Assembly (NCBI GenBank): GCA_963737335.1
Contig: CAVTSK010000022.1
Coordinates: 4,017 to 68,016 of the forward strand
DNA: 64,000 nt
From: an uncultured Solirubrobacteraceae bacterium
GTDB lineage: Bacteria; Actinomycetota; Thermoleophilia; Solirubrobacterales; Solirubrobacteraceae
Direction: 5' to 3'
In this document: positions 37,281-45,771 of the stretch, one piece after another
Layout: each line of letters starts with the position of its first letter
How positions within the stretch are numbered: the first letter of the stretch is position 1
Notes under the pieces: generated by a model
Seen by the model: the letters and a program-made list of their open reading frames with translations, nothing else
The model's database searches: none
Told to the model about the DNA's origin: nothing
Translations under genes and position numbers: made by a program

Positions 37281-38015
37281 TCAGTTCCCCAGCGAGGCGG
37301 CGGCCGGCTCTCGGGCCAGCCGGTCGGGGGGCGCGCCGCACAGCACCCACAGGCGATCGGGAGTGCGCCGCAGGCGGCCCTCCTCCTCGAGTTGGCGGAT
37401 GGCGGTCGTCACCGACGGGCGCTGCGCTCCGACCAGGCGCGCCAGCGTCTCGTGGGTCAGCCGGAGCGGCACGATCACGCCGTCGGGCGTCACGCGCCCC
37501 CACCGCTCGGCCAGGTACCAGAGCAGCATGAGCAGCCGCACGTCGACGCGGCGCAGGTTCGAGACGGCCAAGGTGATCGCCAGCGAGTGGGCTCGGTTGC
37601 TGGCTCCGCGCAGCACCACCGCCATCGCCGAGGGCCACTGTCCCAGCGCCCGGGCGAACGTCGGGTCGAGCACGGCGAGACGGGCCGGCTCGAGCACGGT
37701 CCAGGACACCCCGAACGGCACCGGGGCGTCTTCGCCATCGCGGTCGCTGGGCCGCAGCAGATCGCCCTGGCCCACGAGCTCGGTGGCCAGCGGCTTGTTG
37801 AGGATGACGTCGCGGCTGAGCAGTCCGTCGAGGACGAGCAGGCCCAAGTGGCCCGGGACGTCGGTCCGCACCTGCGGCATCCAGCTCCCGGTCTTGGCGA
37901 CGATCAGGTCGGCAACGAGCTGGCGCCGAGCCAGCTCCTGCTGCACGGGATCGAGGTACTCGACGATCTCAGGGAATGCCTCCACCACTCTCACGCGTCG
38001 GGGCACTCCAGTCAT
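37281..38015 (-). CDS. Crp/Fnr family transcriptional regulator (paralogue of 10256..10999)
   Basis: ORF track 37281..38015. LLVLDGLLSRDV...TELVGQGDLLR core, HTH RLTHETLARLVGAQRPSVTTAIRQLEEEGRL. GGAGGAAGG SD. Confidence 0.8.
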   Translation of the reverse strand: MTGVPRRVRVVEAFPEIVEYLDPVQQELARRQLVADLIVAKTGSWMPQVRTDVPGHLGLLVLDGLLSRDVILNKPLATELVGQGDLLRPSDRDGEDAPVPFGVSWTVLEPARLAVLDPTFARALGQWPSAMAVVLRGASNRAHSLAITLAVSNLRRVDVRLLMLLWYLAERWGRVTPDGVIVPLRLTHETLARLVGAQRPSVTTAIRQLEEEGRLRRTPDRLWVLCGAPPDRLAREPAAASLGN

Positions 38016-38231
38016 GGCCTTCCTCCGAGCTTCTCGATATCGGTCCCGTCGACCGAGCGCGTACTCTGACAGGAATCTGGGCGGGAATGGAAACGTTTGT
38101 CTCCACTCACGGATCGCTGACTAGTTGTGATGGCGTGAAGTAAAGCAACGGCCGCGGCGCATCGCGTGCTCCAGGTCGTCACCCCGGCCGCCAGCGGACC
38201 ATACGACGCGGCGGTCAGTAGGCCGCCGGCG

Positions 38232-38387
38232 TTACTCCAGCAGCGACTGCGGGAGCCGGCCGCGACGCAGTCCCAACCCCCGTCCCGAGCCCAGCACGGG
38301 GCGCTTGGGCGCCTCGCGTTCCGCCCTTCGCACGGCAGGGGTGCTGGTGTGCGCCCTGACCCACCGACGCCGGCCTCGACGATGCAT
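38232..38387 (-). CDS. possible 51-aa arginine-rich micro-ORF (MHRRGRRRWVRAHTSTPAVRRAEREAPKRPVLGSGRGLGLRRGRLPQSLLE)
   Basis: Own translation. GAGGGAGGGA SD with 5-nt spacing to the ATG. About 80 percent G/C at third positions, and rare CGT/CGA Arg codons near the start. Arg-rich ORFs are common GC-rich artefacts, so confidence is low. Confidence 0.25.
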   Translation of the reverse strand: MHRRGRRRWVRAHTSTPAVRRAEREAPKRPVLGSGRGLGLRRGRLPQSLLE

Positions 38388-38500
38388 GGTTGTCCCTCCC
38401 TCGATGGACGTTCACTCCCCCATGAGCGCCCGCCTACCCATTCCGGCCGATCTAGCCCCGCGCGCCGGCTCTCTACGGTCAGGATTCGGACCGCACATTT

Positions 38501-39136
38501 CTATGCGGACCCGCCGCCGGCCTCGAACGCGTCGACGGCGGTCGCGATGAGGTCGATGCAGACGGCGGCGTGGAAGGCGGTGGCGTCGATGGCCAGGTGG
38601 TAGAGCCCCGGGTCCAGAATGTCGACGTCGTAGAACTGGCGCAGGTAGTCGGCGTGGGCGCGGTCCAGCGCGCGCACGGTCCGCTCCGTGGTGTCGCGGT
38701 CGAGGTTGCGGACCCGCATGGCGTGCTCGATGCGGCGCTGCACCGGTCCGGTCAGCCGCACCCGCAGGACCCTCCCGTCGTGGCGCAGAGCCGCGACGGC
38801 GCCCCGGCCGAGGATGACGCCGCGGCCGGTGGCCGCCTGGGCCAGCAGCGCCTCCTGCGACGCCCGGTGAAAGTCCTCGGGGGTGACCGCATCCGACGGC
38901 AGCGGCGCCGGCGCCCCCGGGTCGGCGCCGAGAAACCCTGACAGCAGCCGCTCCAGCAGGCTCGCGCCGCGCGACTCCTCGTGGGCCAGGGCATCGGCGA
39001 CCGGGATGTCCAGCCGCTCGGCCACCGCCAGCGCGATGCCGCGGTCGATGAACGGGACGCCGAGCTGCTCGGCCAGGCCGGGGCCGATCTGGCTCCCGGC
39101 GGCGCCATAGGCGGCGGACAGCGCGACGAGTGTCAT
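38501..39136 (-). CDS. cytidylate kinase-like family protein
   Basis: Inner part of track ORF 38501..39340. MTLVALSAAYGAAGSQIGPGLAEQLGVPFIDRGI resembles the cytidylate-kinase-like (degenerate P-loop) family. Weak SD, so the start is uncertain. Confidence 0.68.
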   Translation of the reverse strand: MTLVALSAAYGAAGSQIGPGLAEQLGVPFIDRGIALAVAERLDIPVADALAHEESRGASLLERLLSGFLGADPGAPAPLPSDAVTPEDFHRASQEALLAQAATGRGVILGRGAVAALRHDGRVLRVRLTGPVQRRIEHAMRVRNLDRDTTERTVRALDRAHADYLRQFYDVDILDPGLYHLAIDATAFHAAVCIDLIATAVDAFEAGGGSA

Positions 39137-39182
39137 CTTGGCCGTAGGGATACCCCACCCCGCCGACGGCAAAGCCGGCGGC

Positions 39183-40370
39183 TCAGCGGGCGAGGCGGCT
39201 GACCAGCTCCTCGGCGATGGCCAGCGATGACGTCGCCGCCGGCGAGGGGGCGTTGCGTACCCACACGACGTGGTCTGAGACACCGAGGCGAAAGTCATCG
39301 ACCAGGGAGCCGTCGCGGTCGACCGCCTGCGCGCGCACACCGGCGCGCGCCGGGACGGCGTCGTCCTCTGAGAGCTCGGGGACGTAGCGCTGCAGTTCGG
39401 CGATGAAGGCGCGCTTGCGGGCCGAGCGGTAGAGCTCGCCCGCTCCCGCCCTCCAGTGGCGGCGGACCATCCGCCGGGTTCCGGGCCAGGCCAGCGTCTC
39501 GAACAGCTCGCGCCACACGACCTCGCTGCGGCGATAACCCTCGAGCGCGGTGGCCAGCACGGCGTTGGGCCCCAGCCACACCGAGCCGTCGAACCTCCGC
39601 GTCAGGTGAACGCCCAGAAAGGGCAAGGTCGGATCGGGGACCGGATAGATGAGGCCCCTGACCAGATGGGCCCGCGGAGGCGCCAGCGCGAAGTACTCGC
39701 CCCGGAAGGGCACGATCCGCGGCTCGGCGTCCTGGCCCGAGGCGCGGGCCAGGCGGTCTGACTGCAGGCCCGCACAGACGATGACGCGGTCGGCCTCGAG
39801 GGTCTCCCCCGTATGCAGCTCAACCCGTGGGCGCGGGCCGGCCGCGGCCACGCGTGCCACCGCGGCTCCGGTGCGGATCTCCCCTCCGGCGGTGCGGAGG
39901 TCCTCGGCCATAGCGCCGGCGACGGCGACGAAGTCGACGATGGCGGTGTGAGGGGAGTGCAGGCCGGCCACCCCGCTGACGTGGGGCTCAACCTCGGCCA
40001 GCTCCGCGGCCTGAAGCCAGCGCAGCCCGGGGACGCCGTTGGTGGTGGCGCGCTCGTGGAGCCGGCGCAGCGGATCCACCTCGTCCTGACGCGTGGCGAC
40101 CACCACCTTGCCGCACTCGTCGTAGGCGACGCCCCTCTCGTCGCAGAACTCCTTCATCAGCTCGCGCCCGCGGGTGCACAGGCGCGCCTTCAGCGAGCCG
40201 GGCGCGTAGTAGAGCCCGGCGTGGACCACGCCGCTGTTGTGGCCGGTCTGGTGGCGGGCCAGCGTGTCCTCCTTCTCCAGGACGACGACCTCGTCGCCCG
40301 GGCGCGAGGTGGCCAGCAGGCGCGCCGTGGCCAGCCCGAGGATCCCCCCGCCCACCACCGCTATCCGCAT
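39183..40370 (-). CDS. lhgO: L-2-hydroxyglutarate oxidase (FAD-dependent)
   Basis: Inner part of track ORF 39183..40439. MRIAVVGGGILGLATA FAD motif and HQTGHNSGVVHAGLYYAPGSLKARLC, close to E. coli LhgO/YgaF as I remember it. AGGAAGG SD. Confidence 0.85.
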   Translation of the reverse strand: MRIAVVGGGILGLATARLLATSRPGDEVVVLEKEDTLARHQTGHNSGVVHAGLYYAPGSLKARLCTRGRELMKEFCDERGVAYDECGKVVVATRQDEVDPLRRLHERATTNGVPGLRWLQAAELAEVEPHVSGVAGLHSPHTAIVDFVAVAGAMAEDLRTAGGEIRTGAAVARVAAAGPRPRVELHTGETLEADRVIVCAGLQSDRLARASGQDAEPRIVPFRGEYFALAPPRAHLVRGLIYPVPDPTLPFLGVHLTRRFDGSVWLGPNAVLATALEGYRRSEVVWRELFETLAWPGTRRMVRRHWRAGAGELYRSARKRAFIAELQRYVPELSEDDAVPARAGVRAQAVDRDGSLVDDFRLGVSDHVVWVRNAPSPAATSSLAIAEELVSRLAR

Positions 40371-40501
40371 CGATGCCTTCCTGTCATGGAAATGACCAAA
40401 ACCCCCGTCAAATGTCGATTTCGCCGCCCGCGCGATCAACCCCGCGCGCGATCTGCCGATTTTGGACCGAGACCCCGTCCTTGCCGTCGAGTCCGGAGCC
40501 C

Positions 40502-41989
40502 ATGACCATCTTGTCGCGCCGATCCACCGTTTTCGCTGTCGCCGGCCTGTGGCTGGCCCTCATGATCCCCGCCGCCGCGCAGGCGGCTGTTCCCCACGAC
40601 GGCGGGAGCCCCGGCGAGGTGTCGTTGGACCAGCCGGCCTATACCGCGCACGAGAACCAGGGTTATCTGACGATAACCATCCAGCGCACGGGTGACGTGA
40701 GCGGCGAGGAGCACGTCGGCTACGGGGTCAAGCGACAGGACGCGCAGCCCGGGATCGACTTCGACACCGTCGCCAATCGCTACATCACCTTCGCGCCCGG
40801 CCAGAGCTCCTACACCTTCAACGTCCGGATCATCGACCAGGGGATGAATGCGACGCCGGTGTACGCGCTGGCCTACCTCTACAGCTCGTGGCCCGACAGC
40901 CTCGGCCCCAACGTCAATTCGAAGATCACGATCCTCCACGACGATCCGCTCGACGCGCGCGAGGCCGCCAACCCGCTGGGCGTCCCAGGCCCCGACAACG
41001 GCAACCTGCTCGCCGGGACCAAGTTCTACGTCGACCCCGACAGCGGGGCGGCCAAGGCCCAGGCCCAGTACCGCCACTCCAACCCCGCCATGTCCGCGCT
41101 GATCGGCGACCTCGCCGCCGAGCCTGGCGCTCACCGCTTCTACATGTGGAACATGGGCGCCAACGTCTCGGGCCAGGTCTCGCACTACCTCGAGGGCACG
41201 CAGGTCCAGGAGCCGGGGACCACCGTGATGCTCTCGACCTACACGCTGGTCCACGACCACTGCGGCTACACCGCCACCCCGGCGATGGCCGCCCGCTACG
41301 AGGACTTCATCCACCAGGTGGCCGAGGGCATCGGCAACTTCCATGTCGTGTTCTTCCTCGAGCTCGACTCGCTGATCACCGCCCCCTGCCTGACCCACCA
41401 GCAGCTGGCCGTCCGCGAGGCCGAGCTCAAGTACGCGGTGTCCGCCCTGGCAGCCGATCCGCACGTCATCGTCTACCTGGACGCGGGCGCCGCCGACGCG
41501 GTCCACTACCGCCAGATGGCCAAGTGGCTGCGCGCCTCCGGCGTGGCCCAGGCGCAGGGGTTCTTCCTGAACTCCACCCACTTCGACTGGACCACCTCGG
41601 AGATCCACTACGGCCAGCAGATCTCCCGCCTGGACGGCGGCGCTCACTTCATTGTCAACACCGGCTCCAACGGCAAGGGCCCGCTCGTGCCCAAGCACCG
41701 CGTCGGCCACGGCAACGAGGTGCTCTGCAACCCTCCCGGCCGCGGCCTCGGCCCGCTCTCGGTGTCTGGCGATGTGGCCCAGCAGACGGCCTACGCGGCG
41801 ACCGACGGCCTGCTGTGGTTCTCGAACCCGGGCGGCAGCGGCGGACAGTGCGTCAAGGGCGCGCCGCCCACCGGTGTGTTCTGGCCCCAGCGCGCGGCGG
41901 AGCTCGCCCGCAACTGGGTCAACAAGGTCGCGGGCCCCAAGTTCGACCTGCTCGAATCGCCGTTCGCGGCGGCGCACGGACGCAAGTAG
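40502..41989 (+). CDS. secreted Calx-beta domain protein with a divergent glycoside hydrolase family 6-like domain
   Basis: Inner part of track ORF 40373..41989. Signal peptide MTILSRRSTVFAVAGLWLALMIPAAAQA. Calx-beta-like segment (YLTITIQRTGDVSGEEHVGYGV...ITFAPGQSSYTFNVRIID). GH6-like blocks FYVDPDS, LELDSLI, YLDAGAA, FLNSTHF, VNTGSNGKG, LWFSNPGGSGGQC. Confidence 0.8.
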   Translation: MTILSRRSTVFAVAGLWLALMIPAAAQAAVPHDGGSPGEVSLDQPAYTAHENQGYLTITIQRTGDVSGEEHVGYGVKRQDAQPGIDFDTVANRYITFAPGQSSYTFNVRIIDQGMNATPVYALAYLYSSWPDSLGPNVNSKITILHDDPLDAREAANPLGVPGPDNGNLLAGTKFYVDPDSGAAKAQAQYRHSNPAMSALIGDLAAEPGAHRFYMWNMGANVSGQVSHYLEGTQVQEPGTTVMLSTYTLVHDHCGYTATPAMAARYEDFIHQVAEGIGNFHVVFFLELDSLITAPCLTHQQLAVREAELKYAVSALAADPHVIVYLDAGAADAVHYRQMAKWLRASGVAQAQGFFLNSTHFDWTTSEIHYGQQISRLDGGAHFIVNTGSNGKGPLVPKHRVGHGNEVLCNPPGRGLGPLSVSGDVAQQTAYAATDGLLWFSNPGGSGGQCVKGAPPTGVFWPQRAAELARNWVNKVAGPKFDLLESPFAAAHGRK

Positions 41990-42041
41990 CCCGAAGCGGA
42001 GAGAATGGCGCCTTTCTCCCCCCGGACGAAAGGGCCCGCCG

Positions 42042-42866
42042 ATGCGCTTTGCCTCGGTCCTGCATGACGGACAGCCGCACGCGGTCGCCATCGACGACAC
42101 GACCGCCATCCCGCTCGCCGACATCGTCGAGCTCGGCGCCGGCACCCCCATCGAGGTGCTCCGCGATCCGCCGCTGAACCGCAGCGGCGCGTTCGCGCTG
42201 AGCGAGGCGACGGTGCGGCCGCTCGTCCCGCGCCCCGGCAAGGTGATCTGCGTGGGGCTCAACTACAAGGCGCACATCGAGGAGACCCACCGCGACGACT
42301 CCGACTACCCGGTGCTGTTCACCAAGTTCGCCACCTCGCTCACCGGAGCCTATGACCCGATTCCCTGTCCCCCGGAGTCACAGGCGATCGACTACGAGGG
42401 CGAGCTGGCCGTGGTCATCGGCGCGCGGGCGCGCCGGGTCGCCCCCGAGCGAGCACTGGACGTCGTGGCCGGCTACACCGTGGCCAACGACGTCACCATG
42501 CGCGATTACCAGTACCGCACGCATCAGTGGCTCCAGGGCAAGGCGTGGGACGCCTCCACCCCGCTCGGCCCGGCCCTGGTCACCGCCGACGAGGTGCCTG
42601 ACCCCAGCGCGCTGACCCTGCGCACGCTCGTCAACGGCGAGGTCGTGCAGGACACCACGACCGATCTCATGATCTTCCCCATCCCCACCCTGATCAGCGT
42701 CATCTCGGAGTTCGCGACGCTCGAGCCGGGCGATGTGATCCTGACCGGCACGCCCGCGGGAGTCGGCTTCCGCCGCGAGCCGCAGTTGCTCATGGGCGAC
42801 GGCGATGTGGCCGTAGTGGAGATCGACGGGATCGGGCGCACGGAGAACCGGTTCGTCGCCGAGTAA
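42042..42866 (+). CDS. fumarylacetoacetate hydrolase (FAH) family protein
   Basis: Inner part of track ORF 41652..42866. KVICVGLNYKAHIEE and IDYEGELAVVIG motifs. Confidence 0.88.
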   Translation: MRFASVLHDGQPHAVAIDDTTAIPLADIVELGAGTPIEVLRDPPLNRSGAFALSEATVRPLVPRPGKVICVGLNYKAHIEETHRDDSDYPVLFTKFATSLTGAYDPIPCPPESQAIDYEGELAVVIGARARRVAPERALDVVAGYTVANDVTMRDYQYRTHQWLQGKAWDASTPLGPALVTADEVPDPSALTLRTLVNGEVVQDTTTDLMIFPIPTLISVISEFATLEPGDVILTGTPAGVGFRREPQLLMGDGDVAVVEIDGIGRTENRFVAE

Positions 42867-42892
42867 GCCTGATCCTCGGCGAGCTCAGCGCG

Positions 42893-45646
42893 TTATGGCG
42901 TCGCCGGCTTCACGGCGTCCGGCACACCCTCGGGCCGGCGGGCAGCCAGTGCCCGCGCCAGCTCCTCCCGCGAGTGGAGGTCGAGTTTGAGATAGATGTG
43001 GCGCAGGTGGTACTCAATGGTCTTGGGGCTGAGGAACAGCGCCGCCGCCGCCTCCCTGGTGGTTCTCCCGCCGGCCAGCAGCAGACCGATTTGGAGCTCC
43101 TGAGGAGTGAGCTCGTCGATCGTGCTGGGCGTCCGGCGCCGCAGAGTCTCCCCCGTCGCGGCTAGCTCGGTCCGAGCCCGATCGGCCCACGGCCGCGCGT
43201 CGAGCCGCTCGAACGCGTCGAGCGCGGGCCGAAGCTGCTCACGCGCCAGGACACGGCGGCCCGCCCGCCGCAGCCGCTCCCCGTACGCCAGCCGTGTGCG
43301 CGCAGTCTCGAACGCGTCGAGGGTCTGGGCGTGAGCACCGAGGGCCCGCTCGAACGGCTCGGTCAGGCCATCGCCGTCGGCCAGGAGCCCCTGGCAGCGG
43401 TGCGCGCGCGCCAGTGACCAGGGCTGCCCCTTGGCCTCCGCCGCCTCCGCCAGCCGGTGGGCGACCTGACGTGCCTCGTCGTCGCGCCCCAGCCGGACGT
43501 ACACGTCAACGAGGTCCGCCGCCGGAGACAGGTCGGCGTCGGTGATCCCAAGCTCCTCGAGCAGCCGCTGCTGATGTTCGAATCGGGCCGCCGCTCCCGC
43601 CGGGTCGCCCAGGCCCAGCTCCAGCTCCCCCATCGCGGCCGCGACCCAGACCTCGTGCAGCCGGACGCCGGCCAGCGCACACAGCTCGAGCGCCTCGGCA
43701 CTGAGCGCTCGGCATTCCTGCTCGCGTCCGCGGCGGGCCAGCACCCAGGCAAGGCCTGCCAGTCCGAAGGCGAGCACCGCGCGCTGGCCGGTCTCCCGCG
43801 CCAGCCCGAGGGCCTCGCGATAGGTGGCCTCGGCAAGCGCCCAGCGATCGGTGGTGGCCTGGTCGCGGGCGATCGAGCACAGGACCAGGGGCAGGACACC
43901 CACCGCGCCGCGGGCCCGCGCGTCGCTGAGGGCCTGCTCAAACAGCGGACGCCCGGTGCCGTCACGCAGAAAGATCGGCGCGATCACCAGCCACGGGAGC
44001 AGCGACAGGTCCTGGCCGATCTCCGGCCGGCTCTCGGCAAGCGCCACGGCTTCGCGCAACGCCACCGCGCCGGCGGCCGCATCACCACCGACCACGCGGG
44101 CCATCCCAACCGCACTCGCCGCCAGGAAGCGGGCGCGGGGAGACGCGTCCGCCGACAGCGTCGTCGCCACCCGATCGGCCAGCCGCAGCATCTCCGCCGG
44201 CTCGCCGGCGTAGAAGCATGCGCTGACGGCATCGGCGAGCATCGCCACCGCCCGGTCCGGGTCAGCCCGCGAGGCCGCCGCCGTCAGGATCCGATGGCCG
44301 TGCATCACCGGGCCCCGCTGGGTCGCGATGTGACCAGCAAGTTCGTCGTACTGAACAAGCACCTCGGTCGACTCGGTCCAGGCTCGGCCCTCGTCCAGCA
44401 GCTCGACGGCCCGATCGGGCGATCCCGCCAGCCACGCCGACTCGGCTCCTGAGAACAGGAGTCCGGCGCGCCGGTCGGCGTCAGCCACCAGTCGCGCAGC
44501 CCGCTCGAACCCGGCCGCGGCCACCGCATAGGCGCTGCGACCCCGGCCCCGGGCCGCGGCCTGCTCCAGCGCCGCCGCCGCTGTCTCATCCGTGCCGACG
44601 GCGGCGGCGGCCAGATGCCAGGCCCGCCGATCGGCGTCGCGATCGGGGAGCGCGCCGGCCAGAGCGCGATGCGCCTCGCGACGCTGCTGCGCCGAGGCGT
44701 TCGCGTAGACCGCCGAGCGCACCAGCGGGTGGCGGAACTCGAGCACTCCGGCGGTCAGCCGCACCAGGCCGGCCCGCTCGGCGCCGGCCAGCGCCGTCAG
44801 GTCGATCCGGAGCGCATCGGCAGCGCGCTCGAGCATCGACAGGTCGCCGCTCCCGCTCGTGGCGGCCAGTATCAGGACGCGGCGACCGGCATCGTCGAGG
44901 AGCTCGGCACGCCGCAGGAACGCCCGCCCGATCGTTCCCGGGACGATCATGGGCGCGCCCTCAGGCGCCAGCATGACGTCATTGGTATCGCCGGCAAGTT
45001 CCAGCAGCGCCAGTGGGTTGCCCGCGGTCGCGTGGTGCAGCCGCTGCGCCACCAGGGGCGGCATGCCCCCCAGCAGGGCGAGTGCGTCCTCCCCGCTCAG
45101 GCCGGTGAGCATCAGCGTCGGCAGGCCGGCCCCATCCAAGAGCGAGGCCTCGCTTTCGCGTACCGCAATGAGCACGGCGATCGGGTCGGCGACCAACCGG
45201 CGGACCGCGAACAGCAGCGCCTGCGCGCTGGGATCATCCAACCAGTGGGCGTCATCGACCAGCACGGCCACCGGACCCTCGTCGGCGTAAGCCGCCAACA
45301 GACTCAGTGTCGCCGCTCCGATCGCGAAGCGATCCTCGGCGTGGCCGGGGGCGAGCGCCAACGCTCCGGCCAGGGCCTCCTCCTGCGGCGCTGGGATGCG
45401 ATCCAGCATCACCAGCGCCGGGCGTAACAGCTCCAGCAGCGAGGCGAACGGCACCTGCGCCTCGGCCTCTATCCCGCGGGCGCGCAGCACCCGCATGTCT
45501 GAGGCTTCGTCCGCGGCGTGATCCAGAAGCGCGGACTTGCCGATCCCGGGCTCGCCCACGAGCGCGACACATCCGCTCATGCCGGAGCGGGCGCCGTCCA
45601 GCACCCGCTCGATCTCACGCCGCTCCCGGTCTCGCCCGAGCAGCAT
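42893..45646 (-). CDS. LAL-type (large ATP-binding LuxR family) transcriptional regulator
   Basis: ORF track 42893..45646. N-terminal AAA/STAND Walker A GEPGIGKS, long helical-repeat middle, C-terminal LuxR HTH LTPQELQIGLLLAGGRTTREAAAALFLSPKTIEYHLRHIYLKL. Confidence 0.88.
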   Translation of the reverse strand: MLLGRDRERREIERVLDGARSGMSGCVALVGEPGIGKSALLDHAADEASDMRVLRARGIEAEAQVPFASLLELLRPALVMLDRIPAPQEEALAGALALAPGHAEDRFAIGAATLSLLAAYADEGPVAVLVDDAHWLDDPSAQALLFAVRRLVADPIAVLIAVRESEASLLDGAGLPTLMLTGLSGEDALALLGGMPPLVAQRLHHATAGNPLALLELAGDTNDVMLAPEGAPMIVPGTIGRAFLRRAELLDDAGRRVLILAATSGSGDLSMLERAADALRIDLTALAGAERAGLVRLTAGVLEFRHPLVRSAVYANASAQQRREAHRALAGALPDRDADRRAWHLAAAAVGTDETAAAALEQAAARGRGRSAYAVAAAGFERAARLVADADRRAGLLFSGAESAWLAGSPDRAVELLDEGRAWTESTEVLVQYDELAGHIATQRGPVMHGHRILTAAASRADPDRAVAMLADAVSACFYAGEPAEMLRLADRVATTLSADASPRARFLAASAVGMARVVGGDAAAGAVALREAVALAESRPEIGQDLSLLPWLVIAPIFLRDGTGRPLFEQALSDARARGAVGVLPLVLCSIARDQATTDRWALAEATYREALGLARETGQRAVLAFGLAGLAWVLARRGREQECRALSAEALELCALAGVRLHEVWVAAAMGELELGLGDPAGAAARFEHQQRLLEELGITDADLSPAADLVDVYVRLGRDDEARQVAHRLAEAAEAKGQPWSLARAHRCQGLLADGDGLTEPFERALGAHAQTLDAFETARTRLAYGERLRRAGRRVLAREQLRPALDAFERLDARPWADRARTELAATGETLRRRTPSTIDELTPQELQIGLLLAGGRTTREAAAALFLSPKTIEYHLRHIYLKLDLHSREELARALAARRPEGVPDAVKPATP

Positions 45647-45771
45647 GACCGCGATTCTAGGCGCGCCGATGGTCCGCGGGCACCCCCTGGCCCAAGGACT
45701 AGGTGCCCCCCGGAAGCGATCGCGTCACGCTGCACGTAGGGTCGCCGCAACCATCCAAGGAGGCAGACAAA

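Noticed and set aside
40502-41989. First impression that the GH6-like domain has lost its catalytic acid
   Set aside because: On re-deriving residue spacing from the remembered Cel6A sequence, the catalytic acid is the Asp of the EPD block, which is kept here (ELD). Only the RDC-block Asp and the GEADG-block Asp positions differ, so the claim was narrowed in the finding.
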